The notes under the pieces were generated by a model, which did not search any database, was not told the origin of the DNA, and saw nothing but the letters and a program-made list of their open reading frames with translations. From Macrostomum lignano (lineage: Eukaryota): a DNA stretch of 64,000 nucleotides. Of the stretch, positions 25,444-38,335 are shown piece by piece. The translations under genes were made by a program, and so were the position numbers. The stretch lies in NCBI GenBank assembly GCA_002269645.1, contig NIVC01000886.1, positions 62,001-126,000 of the forward strand. The letters run 5' to 3'. Each line of letters begins with the position of its first letter. The stretch's first letter is position 1.

Positions 25444-27367
25444 CCTCTGTCCGATGCTCCGCTTAGGCGAGCCGCGCGGACTTTTGGGCCGCCCACCGGC
25501 CCCGCCCTCGCCGCCAGTTGTCAAGGCGTTTGACTTGCGAATGTCGCCCAAGTTAGCGTTGATCTGGTTGATCTCCTCCTGGATGTTCTTGCGCTCCTCG
25601 TTGGCTTTGTGATAGGCCTGGCGGTAGGGTTTGTAAGACAGGAGAATTCTCTATAAGCATTAAGGCAGGAGAGTCCACTCTAAAGCAGGAGAGCCCACTC
25701 AGAGACAGGAGAGTCCACTCAAAGACTGGAGAGTCCACTCAGAGACAGGAGAGTGCATTCAGAGACAGAAGAGTCCACTCAAAGACTGAAGAATCCACTC
25801 AGAGACAGGAGAGTCGACTCAGAGACAGGAGAGTCCATCCCGAGACAGGAGAGTCCACTCAGAGACAGGAGAGTCCACTCAGAGACAGGAGATTCCATCC
25901 CGAGACAGGAGAGTGCTTTCAGAGACAGGAGAGTCCACTCAGAGACATGAGAGTCCACTGAGAGACACGAGAGTCCACTTCGAGTCAGGAGAGTCTACTC
26001 AGAGACAGGAGATTCCATCCCGAGACAGGAGAGTCCACTCAGAGACAGGAGAGTGCACTCAGAGACAGGAGAGTCCACTCAGAGACAGGAGATTCCATCC
26101 CGAGACAGAAGAGTGCTTTCAGAGACAGGAGAGTCCACTCAGAGACATGAGAGTCCACTGAGAGACACGAGAGTCCACTTCGAGTCAGGAGAGTCTACTC
26201 AGAGACAGGAGAGTGCGCTCAGAGACAGGAGAGTCCACTCAGAGACAGACACTCTAAGACAGATAGAGCAGTCTACACTCTAAGATGGTTGCTCTCTTAA
26301 GACAAAATATTGACGCGAATCAGGAGTGTCCACAACAAACTAAGGCTTGTAAAAATAAGGTTTTTGTGCAGAAACTAACAGCTAAAGCATGCTTGTACAG
26401 AGCAGACTTGTCCCCAGCTCACCTTGGCTTCCTGATCAACTCGCCAGTCAATATCTTTGCGCTGGTTTATCAAGCCAGTCTTTTCCTTTTGCAGCAGTTT
26501 AATCATGTTGGGAGTGGCTGAGCCGAACTCCGTTGTTATTGTGTTCGACTTCACAATTCTTTGAACTAAAAATGTTATTGTCAACATATTGCTTTAGTTA
26601 CACATGTATAAGATGTTATTTACCAAAGTATGTGTAGTAAGACTTACTATCCTTAGTCGTTTTGGAGGCTTGCATCACTTTCTCCTGTAGGATAACAATT
26701 TGCTTCCTGAGCTGTTCATTAATTTCCTGCTGAATCTCGAATCGAGTCTTCCATTCGTTGCCTAGAGAGAAATTAATATTGCATGTTTGTATAAATAGTG
26801 AAGCTATCAGAATAGGGCCAGAAGTAGTTATTAATATTCTAAAGTTACAAATTATTCTTACTTTCATCTTCAATGCCTTCATAGCGTTTTTCAAGTTCGG
26901 CCACAGTCACTGCCAACTCGTTGCAGGATTCTTCAACCATTTCCCTTAGAAAGAAAATATTATAATTTCAATGTATATTTCATTATTTAGTTGTTGACAA
27001 AAATGAATTTTGTCTTTCTTTAAATTAAATTTTTTTTAATTTCAACTCTAATCATATATAAATTTAAGTCTGCACTACATAATTATTATCAATGTTGTAT
27101 TTAAAAAATATATATACTACACACAATTATACTTGAGTAAACAGACCCAAAAGTGGTAAAAACACATCCTCTTGCAATAGTAAATGAACAAGAAAACATA
27201 AAGCAAGACCAATTTGAGAAAATATTTCGAGGAATCCACTATTTTCCCTTCAACAGCTGCTGTGTGTTGTTATAAACTTTGCAATTTAAGAATACTTACT
27301 TCATTTGCGTCTCCTGCATCAGCGTGGCGCGAAGACGCTCGAGATCTAAGTCTTCGTCGCTAAACAT
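24966..27367 (-). CDS. CCDC169: Coiled-coil domain-containing protein 169 homolog
   Basis: Six exons splice in frame: 27367-27300, 26944-26862, 26761-26648, 26565-26423, 25617-25445, 25053-24966. Peptides: [38 protein letters not shown] (cf. EWKTRYETQLELN of CCDC169), [37 protein letters not shown]-stop. Confidence 0.85.
25088..25444. repeat. Intronic (TCTA/TCTG)n microsatellite
   Basis: Read directly. Confidence 0.95.
25665..26250. repeat. Intronic ~20-nt minisatellite (GAGACAGGAGAGTCCACTCA)
   Basis: Read directly; contains a duplicated block of about 140 nt. Confidence 0.93.
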
Positions 27368-29156
27368 TTCAGAACTTTTTTTATAGAAAAGTCAAGAATC
27401 ACTTATTTTTTCTCAAATTACGCACTGTTGCGTGCCAAGTCACTAAAGATGCTTCCGTGGCGAGTGTGCGACGGAGACTGAGATGAAAAAAATAAAAATC
27501 TAAATGTTAATAAGTTGAATAGGCAGAAATCGATGAACTCATTTTAAGTAATATTAAATAAAATTTCAAAGAGTTTTAACAATAAAATTACTATAAACTT
27601 AAACATTTTATAGTATTTTTTGAAAAATAGCAAATAAGTTTGAGTTATTACTAGTTGTTTTATTATAAATAGTAAAGTAAAAATTTAAAACTAATTCGAA
27701 AAAAGAAGCATCTGACAGTACGCGGAATAACATTTCCGCGTTCTTTTAAATACCATATTGCAAAACTCGTGTACACTAATCATAATTAAATAACTAGTGC
27801 TAAAATATTGTCTCTATTATATTAAAAATTTTGAAGTAATCTTAAATACACTATACACAGAAATATATTGGCCAAACAGGCTTCTTGCCTGAGCCAACTT
27901 ACTACTACTACTACTACGGTTACGGTACGGTTTCTACCAGGGCTGATCCGCGGGTAAGCCCAGCTTCCCACCCCCGTTTAACAACAATTCGCAAAGTAGC
28001 ATTGGTCAAAATTATTAAGCTTAAATAATAGAGAGTAAGTCTTAAGTCAATATGTCACCTGCCATTTCGTTATCAAATTACCACTGCTCGATTCGGGTCA
28101 CTTCGTCATCCTAATTAGCAGGCACTAATTGATCCAAATCTAAACCAAGTGAATTAGTAGGCCTGCCTACTAAAGAATGATAAGAAACAGATAGTGATGT
28201 CGTGGTGATTCATTAAATTCAAGCATCTCTTGTTATATGCCTATGGTACTTTGAAATTAGCTACTGGTATACTATGGAGTAGAGGGCCTATGCTATGAAT
28301 TTTCAATAATATGCAAACATGTTAAACTATAACCCCCCCCCCTAGGCCCTAGCCCCTAGGACCTAGTAGGCCTAGTAGGCTAGTCTCGCCTAGAGATCAT
28401 GAAAAAACATGCTAGAATGAAAAAAATTAACTAGGGCCTAGCTAAAACACAACTCTCTATTAATGTATATTAGGCTTCTTGAGACTTATATTAGAACTGA
28501 TACCATATGATTTGCCAATATTAATATTTATATCTCTAGCCTAATAGGCCTACTAGTATTATGCCAATTGTCAACCCAAAAATACAATATTCTCAAAATT
28601 GGTTAAAAGCCAAAAGGGTATATCCTGTATATTCTGTAACTAAAATGGCCTAGTATAATAGTTAAAGTAAAAGTATTATTTTATTTTCAAAGCTTTTTGT
28701 TAAAAAGTAGTTTAATTTCTTTTTTATGTATATTAATGTAATTTTAAACCCATAGGCCTAGTCAAGAAGGTGGCCTCTGAGGGGGAAATTCCAGCGCACA
28801 CAAAGGGTCTTGGTGCACATTGGTACACAAGCGCAGCGCACACTGAGGTCCCTGGCGCATGCGGCACACAATCATGATGCACACTGAGGTCCCTAGCGCA
28901 TTTGGCACATAATTGCAGCGTATAAGGTCCCTGACATGCATGAAAATTGTAATGCAAATTAATAATTTTATGTAAAATAAAGGAGATTTGTATAGTTTAG
29001 AAAGTCAGTGATAAACTTTTTGCTTCTTTAAAATCAACAGTTAAATAAAATTAGTATAAATTATCGCTAAGAATGTTAATTTTGCATTACTCTATTTGTA
29101 GGTATAATTTAAGTTTGTTTAAAATGCAAATATGCGTAACATTTTAAAAAAACTTT

Positions 29157-29939
29157 TAAGGTGGGGTGGAGAGAAAATAAAATTTGAAATTCGGGTTGTC
29201 TGGTTTTGAAACTGGTTGGCGTCGTGTTTGCACGAATTAAATCCGGAAATCGCGCAGACAAATCACAACGAAGTTTTTCTACTGTTTTACTCCAACAGCC
29301 AGGTTCTCAAGTCTGGGGGAAGGGTAGTCGTAATCGTAGCGGAGCGGTCGTTAGCGGCGCGGTCGTTCAAAGCCTTGAAAACACCAGAGGTTTCTGATTC
29401 TGTAAATTAATGCATCGATTATCTAAACTCGTTACTTTCAGTAGGGTAGTTGCTGCCACCACCGTAATTTACATATTACGGGACGAATGAGTCTTAGAGC
29501 TTTCTTTGAGATGAGAACTTTGGTTATTTTATGCCCCACGGGCAAATGACTCAAGAAAAACTATGGCTTTTGATTAGTGAATAAATATACCTCCCAAAAC
29601 TAATAAAACAACAAAAGAAAACCACTTAAAAAAACATGCAAAATTCATTGCCATATATATATATAAAGGGACATTGACCACGCAACATGGACACGGGGTG
29701 GACATGTTTCAAGGAGGCAGAAAAATATGCAAAAGGACATGAGGCGGTGCGGCATAAAACACTTAAAAAAACAAAATAAAAAGCAAATCCCCATTACATG
29801 TGACAAACAAAACTGGAACAGGCAGAAAAGAAACACCGCAACGGGAGTGACGTTATTCCACGTTAATGGCATACCGCGTGCACGATAAGTTCAAAATGTA
29901 AGTTTTCAGCTCATACTTCATGGCATCTCGCCTGCCACA
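29157..29939 (-). repeat. 3' LTR of the Gypsy element
   Basis: Aligns by eye to 38336-39138 except for a central block. Confidence 0.88.
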
Positions 29940-31769
29940 TGCACGGGGCAGCCGGCATTCAACAGCAAGAAACAGCAGCTCCTGCTGCCGTACCTCGTCC
30001 ATGGCCGCGTCTGGGTGGGCGAGGGTCACGCACCGGTTGAACTCCGGGCTGGGTCGGTTGTGGCGGTTGGGGCGGCTGAGGTGGTGCATTGATGGGCGCA
30101 GAACTTGCAATGCGGGCGCTCCAGCACATCTGCTCCAATGATTGCGTAATGCCGCGGTGCCGGGTTGAGTGCTGAATAACCAGGGCGAGCAGGCTGCAGC
30201 ACAGGCCGATATGCTGGCCCCTGGCCAATCGCAATTAGGCGCCGATCGCCGTGGCCTCCGATTCAATGGCCCAGGCTGCCTCGTGAGGCGCATTTTATTG
30301 GGCGAGCGTGCTCCAAGTGGGGCAGTCATTGGTGTGCCTTGGCCTCGGAGAGCTGTTGGGCAATCTCCGGCTCTGAGTCGTTCACAGGGGGTGCTTCGTT
30401 GAGCTGTTGGGCTGGTGGTCCCCAGCTTTCCTTACTTGACCAATCTGCTGGCGGCATCGGCGGGGTAGTATAGGCTGGCTCCAGCTGCCTCACTATTTCG
30501 TCTTCATCGAGTACTGGCATCGAGGGCGCGTATACCTGATCTAGGTACGGGTTTGGCCAGGCCCTTTCCAGACTCAGGTTAGGTGCTGGCGGGACATAGG
30601 CCACAACAGGGTCCATATCAATGTCTGCACCTCCCAGGAGCTCGAGGAGCGATCAGTCATCGTCAAGGTCAACAGAAGCAGCGTTTCCCCACAGTGGGTC
30701 TCCGGACATGTCGCAGTAGAGCAATTGATAAACAAATAAATGTACAAGAGGATTAATTACAAAAGGACAATGAAGGATAGCGCAGTCGAAATAATAGCCA
30801 AAGGAAAAATATGCATAGCAGAGAGACAAATTACAGTTTGAGAAAAATTGGGACCAAAGTTAAAACGCAGCCTTAAATACAACAAAATTTCACCTGCCGC
30901 TGGAGAAGGTTTCCAACCACGGAAGACGACCACCACCCCACTTGTACTCTATGGCGGGCACACACGGAGGTGGGGTAGGTGACAAAAGTAGAGTCATAAA
31001 ACGGATAGTTAGCCACGGCAGGGGGGGTCCAAATTGAATGAATCAGGGTGCCTTAAATGGCTCACATAAAATGGGTCGGCAGTTAAGGAACTGAATAAGG
31101 CATAAACAGTAACCTAAAATAGATAGAAAGGTGTGGGAACAATTGGCGGACTCCTTCATATTAAGATAATATAAAAATAAGGTTAGCAATTGTTTTATCA
31201 GGGAGGCTCTATAAGGAGTTACAAAGAACAGAGGCTAACAAAAGGCACTGGGAAAAGGGAGCCGAATTGGCAGCCCCTACACGTTTCCAGGCTCAAACCA
31301 AAATCAAACAAAGAGCAGGGGTCGAGTCCTCAGATGGCCTCCGCTGAGGACAAGGCTTGAAAATGGGGCGCTTGACCTGAATGGGGCATAGAAAGCTTGG
31401 CCCATGAACAGCGGGCTCAACAAATAGCAGAGAGAGGGGGGGATACTTCTGCACTTTGACAGCGTGCGGAGAAGTTTACAATTCAAACGGATGCGCAGAA
31501 TTCAACTGAAATTGCAAAATAATTTTACTGTATTGCATTGATTAAATATCGCATATTGTCGCGTCGGATAAATATAATCGCATTGGTGCAAGCTTTTGCC
31601 AGAAAGCATAAGGATAAATAGAGAGAGCATGCGGGTGCTGAATTTAATGAAACGCATAGGGCTAACAAAATTGAGCACTATACAAGAGCACAGAGAATAC
31701 GCACTGCTTTTACCTGAAAGCATAAGGAGAATGGCAAAATAACAGCAATTGATACCTGCTTTTGTCCTG

Positions 31770-32170
31770 GAAAGCATAAGGCATTGGCAGAATTGAAAAT
31801 TAACAACTGCTTTTGACCCTCAAGCATAAGGAGAAAGTACAATGAAATTAACAATTTGACGCCTGCTTTTAGCCTGAAAGCATAAGGAGAAATGGCAACT
31901 GCTTTTAACCCTGAAGCATAAGGAAAATACATTGAAATTAAAAATTTGACGCCTGCTTTTAGCCTGAAAGCATAAGGAGAAATGACAACTGATTTTAACC
32001 CTGAAGCATAAGGAAAGTACATTGAAATTAAAAATTGGACGCCTGCTTTTAGCTTGAAAGCATAAGGAGAAATGACAACTGCTTTTAACCCTGAAGCATA
32101 AGGAAAGTACATTGAAATTAAAAATTGGATGCCTGCTTTTAGCCTAAAAGCATAAGGAGAAATGGCAACT
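31770..32170. repeat. ~90-bp tandem repeat (~4 copies) inside the Gypsy 3' region
   Basis: GCCTGCTTTTAGC recurs at 31861, 31951, 32041 and 32131. Confidence 0.9.
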
Positions 32171-32522
32171 TAAATGGAAAACTGAAAATCGGCTTTCAGC
32201 ACAGAGTGGGTGCAGAGAAAGCTTACAGCAAAATTAAGAATTGGAACGCGCTTGCAAATTGGACTACTAATAGTAATGTGCATCAAAAGTTAGCAACTTG
32301 GCCCGATAAAAAATTCATTGGTAATTACCTTTAGACTTCGAGCTCCATGCTGATATCTGGCAGATCCGGGTCGCCTTCGAGCAGCACTTCCGGATGGCGG
32401 AGGCTCAGTTCGAACAGCTGGCTGCCGCGCATGTCAAGCGGAGCTGCGGCTGGCTATCCCTGAGCGGGCTGATCAGCTGACTCGTATTCACTTTCATCGC
32501 TTGACTTGTAGGGCAACATTGG

Positions 32523-35500
32523 TCACTCAGTCTGGCGCAACGGCTCCTGCGGTCGATTGGCCATCATCTGCAGCACCTTGATGATGTTATTGTGATGTAC
32601 AAGCATTTCAGTGGGGCGTCCTTGTTGGGCTGTCGCAGGCTGGATCCAATAGGCTACCTTGCCGACCTTTCTGTTGACTTTGTACATACTCTTGTATGGC
32701 TGGTGGAATTTTGGCAGCTCTCCCAACTCAAGCTTTAGGTTGGCCAGGCAGACTAGGTCTCCGGGCTGCAGTTCCACGGGCTTAGGCTGGTTTTCATAAT
32801 ACTCTTCGCGGCATTGGATCTCGGTTCGCAGTCGCTATTGTACAATCCTCTCAGTCTCGGCCAGTCTGCGCTGGTGCTTCGCAATGTACTCGGGGAGGTC
32901 CGGAGATATGTCCAGGCTGTCTAGGGTGTTATCGATCAGGTACCAATAAGGCACTTCATAGACGACGTAATGCAGCGAGAATCCTGTTGTACGATTGACA
33001 GCTGATCGCAGGGCTGTCAAAGCGGCTGGAAGCATCTTGTCCCACTGTTGATGATCTTTGAGGAGACAAGTGAGCACTTTCTTGATGTTTTTATTGCACA
33101 ATTCAGCTCGTCTATTGGCCCAGGGCGAGTATAGTGGCGTCATTGTCTGCCGGATGCCATAGACTTTGCAGAAATGTCAAAACTCATGCCCAGTGAACTG
33201 TTTGCCTTGGTCCGAATGGATCCACGTGGGGATTCCGGTGATCGGGAAGACTTGTTCCTGCAGCAGAGTTATCATCATCTCGGCCCGCTGATTCTTCATG
33301 GCGAAGGCGAATGGATACTTTGACATCGTGTCGACGTAGGCGAGGATGTACTTGTTGCCTTGGTCTGTCGGGTCTCCAGTGGGGCCCATGATGTCAATCG
33401 CGCATCGCCCATAGATTTCACAGACCGGAAATGATTGTACGTGTGCTGGGATGCGTTGCTGTCCTTTGCTCTGAGTGCAGGTCTGGCAGGAAGCGACATA
33501 GTCGGACACAGCCTTGGCCAGGGCCAGTCGCCAGAACCTCTCGCGCACCTTTGCAATGGTGAGATCTCGGCCCATGTGTCCGCAGTAGGGCAAACCATGC
33601 AGGTCGGCAAACACTGTGACATCGAGACTCTTTGGCAGGATGATCCTTGCTTTGTCCTCCTCGCCAACATCGTCGAGATGAATGACTAAAAGTCTGTCGT
33701 CTCAGACTTCTAACTGTTCATAGAATGCTAGTAAATTTCTCTCGTCTCTCGTCAGATTTAATTGCTGATTTAGCAGCAGCTTTGGTTGTCGACTTTCGAT
33801 TAGGTTGATCATCATTGCAATAGCAGAGACAGCATGCTGATGAGTCTGGAGCTCCTCGCGAGTGACTGGTCTTGGGATGTGATCAGTTAAATTCAATGTT
33901 TGGCGTCGGTTAGTCGAATTGGTCGGCACGGCTTCGGCTGCGGCGGCATGATTCGGGGTCTGGAGCTCCTTCCGCCCAACTAACAGCTACTCGGGCCGGT
34001 TGCCGGGCTGTTGAAGAATTTGAAGGCCGATCTTCGTCGGTTGTTTTAGGCGTCATTGTCGGTTCCGTCAGCACTAGATTCATCAATAGATAAGAGTAAG
34101 TCAGCAGAGCTATTGGCGTCGAGGCTGAATCTCACCTTCTTGAACACAGGACAGCGAGCGGGTTGGCAGCGGTCGTCACTGGCTACACTGTGGTCGCTGT
34201 CCCCATCGCCTTCAGCTAGTAGACGGCGGCTCCTTGACGGGCAACATGTTGTACTGCTAAAGCTGGTGGGCAACCTCTGAGAGTCTCGCAGATGGCTGGC
34301 TGTTGGCCTCGGCTTCCTCGCTAGTGGGTGCAACACTGTCAGCGACTTGCTGTCAGCTGTCGATGTTGCTGGTGGCGTAGCCTCGACGTCAGACTCTTTT
34401 GGCTTTGTCGGCGGTTTTTGTTGGTGACGGCAGGTCAGTTTCTTCTTGCTTGGAGAAGGACTAGGGTGGCTGCTGTCGGGGACCTTTGGCGCCGCTGCGC
34501 CAGTTATCGCAGCTGGCTACTTACTTTGGTCCTCGTCAGCTGCCTCACGCTGAGCCTCCTCCAAACATTCGGCGTCATCCTTGGGCCGTCTTGAGAGACC
34601 GTCGGCATTCTGATGCTGACTTGATTTTTGATGCTGGATCTCAAACTCGAATTCGCTGAGGCACTGTAGCCATCGTCCAAAGATTCCTTCTTGCTGAGTT
34701 TGTCGGAGAATCCAGGTTAGAGCGACATGATCGGTTCGGCAGATGAACTTCTTGGCCAGCAAGTAGAATCTGAAGTGTTGCATTCCATCTATGACTGCCA
34801 AGAGCTCTTGCTTCGTAATTGGATACTGGGCTTTGGTCGGTTTGAGTCACTGGGAGAAATAGCCGATTGGTTGCTCGACTCCATCAGCTTGGCATTGGCT
34901 CAGGCAGGCTCCAATTCTGGTCGCAGAAGCATCCGTGTCCAGGACAAACATTACTTTCGGATCTTCACTGAACTGCGGATATGCGAGCACTGATGTCGAA
35001 GTCATAGCCACCTTGAGCTGGTCAAACGCGTCTTGCTGGGCTTTTCCCCATAGACAGTTGAAGTTTCGAATCTTCTTTTCCTTAATTAGATTGTGGAGCA
35101 GAGCGGCAAGTTCTGCATAGCCAGGTACAAATTTAGCATAATAAGCGCACGTGCAGACAAAACTCTTAAGTTGTCGCGCTGTTCTTGGTCTTGGCCAGGT
35201 TTGAATAGCTTCAATTTTCGCCGGGTCGGTCTTGATTCCATCCTTTGTTACAAAGTGTCCCAGATAGTTTAAACTTGCCCAAAATAGATGACATTTCTTG
35301 CCTTTGAACTTTAAATTGGCATCTTGAATTTGCTTAAATACTTCTTCCATATGCCGTAGATGGTCGTTAAATTTTTTAGAATAAACGATTACATCATCCA
35401 GGTAGGCTATTGCACTTTTGTAGGCAATCCCATTGAGTACAGCATTCATGAGGCGCATGAAGCTGGCTGGCGCTGAACTTAGTCCTATAGGCATGACATT

Positions 35501-38268
35501 GTAGGCGAATTGTCCACAGTGCAGCGTAGCGAAGGTAGTCAGATCTTGATCTTCTGGACGCAGTGGGATCTGATAGTAGCCGCTATTGAGGTCGAATGTG
35601 CTAAATAGCTGGCTTTCCTCAAGGCTGGTGAATGCTTCTTGGATGTTAAGAATCAGGTACGGAAAATATTCGCACTTCTGATTCAGACTTCTAAAGTCTT
35701 GTACAATTCTCAGGCTGCTATCCTTCTTCAGGATGGTCACCAGCAGGGTGTTATAGCTAGAGAAGCTCGGTCGAATCACGCCTTTGGCCAGCAGATCGTC
35801 AAGTAGCTGGTCCACCTTTGGTAGCAGGTGCGGCGGGATCCTTCGTGTCGGGAGATGCACTGGATCTTTGTCCTTCAGTACGATGCTGTGGGTGACCAGA
35901 TCGTGTGGCCCCTTAGAGAAGATAGTCTTGTACTTTCTCAATAGCTTGATGACTTGAGCGCGCTGGTCACTGGACAGGTCCTCGCTGATATCGATCTCCT
36001 TGATCCAAGCATCGGGATCCTCGTCTTGGATTTGATTGACATAGTCTTCTGATTTCAGCAGTGGGAAGAAATGTAGCTTGGGCAGTCTGATTGTTATAGC
36101 AATCCATACTAGGGCATTCGCTCACACTTTGATAGCTGTAGTGCCACGGTTGATCATTTCGATAGCGCCTTCCCCATTAGCCATGGAAATCAGAGCAGGT
36201 GCGGCGTCCAGTTGCTGCACATCTTCTTCGCACCGAGCCGGTTTCAGCGGCTCGATCACAGTAGGTGTACCTTGGTTTTCTTCTTGTCCTTTAGCTAGTT
36301 TAATTTTGATTAGGGCTAATGATAGCGGCAGCACAGTTGTGCTCTCGGCCGTGTAGATTCTGCACGTGGTGGCTTCGGTTCACATGTAGCGAAGTGGTGC
36401 GGCAATGCTGTCCTTGAAAAACAGCATTCCAGTGGCGAGGTCCAGGGAGTTGCTGTATTTCTCCAGGAACTCAAAACCCAGAATGTTGTCATGCGATCCT
36501 TTTGCTAGCAGAAACTTGACTGTAGGCTCAAAATTACCAATTTTCACTTTAATAGATAGCTGGCCTGCCATTTGAATAGGCTCTCTATTGTAGGTCACAA
36601 TACGTTGTAGGCAAGGCTCGATTTGGCCACGCAGGGTTGGGTCGTCAGTACATAGGCGGTGCCAGGTGCTGAATCCGAGGACTTCGCACTTGGACCCGGT
36701 ATCAAGCAAGAAAGCAAAATAGCGGCCCTGAATCTCACTAGTTAGAAACAGGTCCCTTCGAGGTCGTTTAGGTGCAGAGTTCTGTATAGGTGCGGCAGAG
36801 GTGGTCTCAGCAGTGGCCTGCTGAGCAACTAAAGTCCGCGGCGGGGACTTTAGTGCTGGCTCGGCTGCTGGATGGCGCTGCCCCCAATGGCGCGTTCAGC
36901 CGTCCCGTTTCCCAAGCTGCCTTTGCACTGGGACGCGGTGCTGGCCAACCATCAGTGTAGGCATTCATTGGCGCAATGCTTGCGGTTGCACCTGTAGCAC
37001 ATTGCACTTTGCCGTCGCAACTGATAAGGCGGCGGCCTTGAACTCGATTGTTGCTGCTGTTGCCGCTGTTGCTGCGGCTGCTGCGGCTGTTGCAGCTGCT
37101 GCTGTCGACGTTGACCTCCTGCTGGCAGCATTCTCGGCGGCAGGTTGCTACCGTCGCGTGGTTGCTAAAGTCAATGGAACTGGTCATGTTGCACAATTTG
37201 TGTGCTGGGCATCGAAAACTAGGCGCTTCCATCGGCGTTGCAGCGAGGAGTCAAAGGTACCAAACATCTGGAGCCTTGGCCCCACGAGTCCTGCGGTTGG
37301 TGACGAGGTTCCCATGGCTCCAGGGCGTTGTTATCGCACGATCCCCGCGAATAGAACTCTCGCATCTCATTGCTCAATGTCTCTAATAGGCGTTGCTGCT
37401 CTTGCAGAGTCTCGGCTTGTTGTTCCATGACCTCGCGCAACCAGTTCTCCTCGGGCTGAGATGACTTGTCGTGTTGCACCACAGTAGGCGTCTGACCATT
37501 GTCATTCTCGACCTCCAGGACCTGGACATGTCTCGCTGCTGGCAGCGACACTACACGCTGAGCCAGACTAGCTGCTGTCTCCAGGGGCAGCACAGCCCGT
37601 CTCGCTGCAGTCAGATTCTGCGGTCGCACCAGGATTAGTTGTTCTCGGGCCAACTGAGCTATCCGCACTCCGACAGTGAATTGATCCACCAGTTCAGCCT
37701 ATTTTTGAACCGGGGTAAAATGCGGGAATGCTCGATCGGCCAGAGCAATTAGTTGGTCGCTGTAGTTGTCCACACTCTCGTTCTTGCCTTGCTGGCAGCT
37801 TCGGAATTGCTCCCAGTACTCCAGCGTGTTGGCGACATGCGTAAAACATTCAGACAATCGTTGTTTGAACTCACCAAATGTAAGATTCTCTGGCAGTTCC
37901 ATCCTGACAACTGCGGGGTAGGCTGTGGCGATGTCCAAATTCACTAGGACCTCCGCCTTTTTTCGTTTGTCATCAACGATCCCGTTGAGCTCACATCGCT
38001 CTTCGAGAGCCTTGATCCAAACGTCAAATTCCTGGTTGGGCGTATACCACTGAATCTTGACCGGTTTCGGCGCCGGAGCTCGATCCTGCTGCTGGGGCTG
38101 TTGATACACATGATGGTGGTGTTGCGGCTGGCCCAGGCTGGTCTGCTCCAGTCGCTCTTCAGTCACTGCCCAAATCATCTCATTGTAGGTCGGTCGTATA
38201 GTTGAGTTGTTGAAGCCTGCGGCATCGGCTGTCGCGTCCGCGGCCATTGGATCAGTAGTTGAAGCCAT
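32523..38268 (-). pseudogene. Gypsy gag-pol with stops and frameshifts
   Basis: gag from MASTTDP (38268) with an in-frame TAG at 37699-37701. Protease FLLDTGS (~36700). RT LRIVQDFRSLN..FSTFDLNSGYYQI..AYLDDV. RNase H FVLDTDAS, CRTDHVAL. Integrase H-H/C-C zinc finger, IDIMGP, IHSDQGKQF, YSPWANRRAE, GPY-like KFHQPY. Confidence 0.9.
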
Positions 38269-38313
38269 AGTATAGCGCTTGAACGACTCATTGAAAGGGT
38301 TTTGGCGTTTCGT

Positions 38314-38334
38314 AATCCCACTTAGCTGACACCA
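38314..38334 (-). promoter_or_regulatory. Primer-binding site, tRNA-Leu-like
   Basis: TGGTGTCAG(CT)AAGTGGGATT lies 1 nt after the 5' LTR and matches the complement of a tRNA-Leu 3' end as recalled, apart from a 2-nt insertion. Confidence 0.7.
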
Positions 38335-38335
38335 A

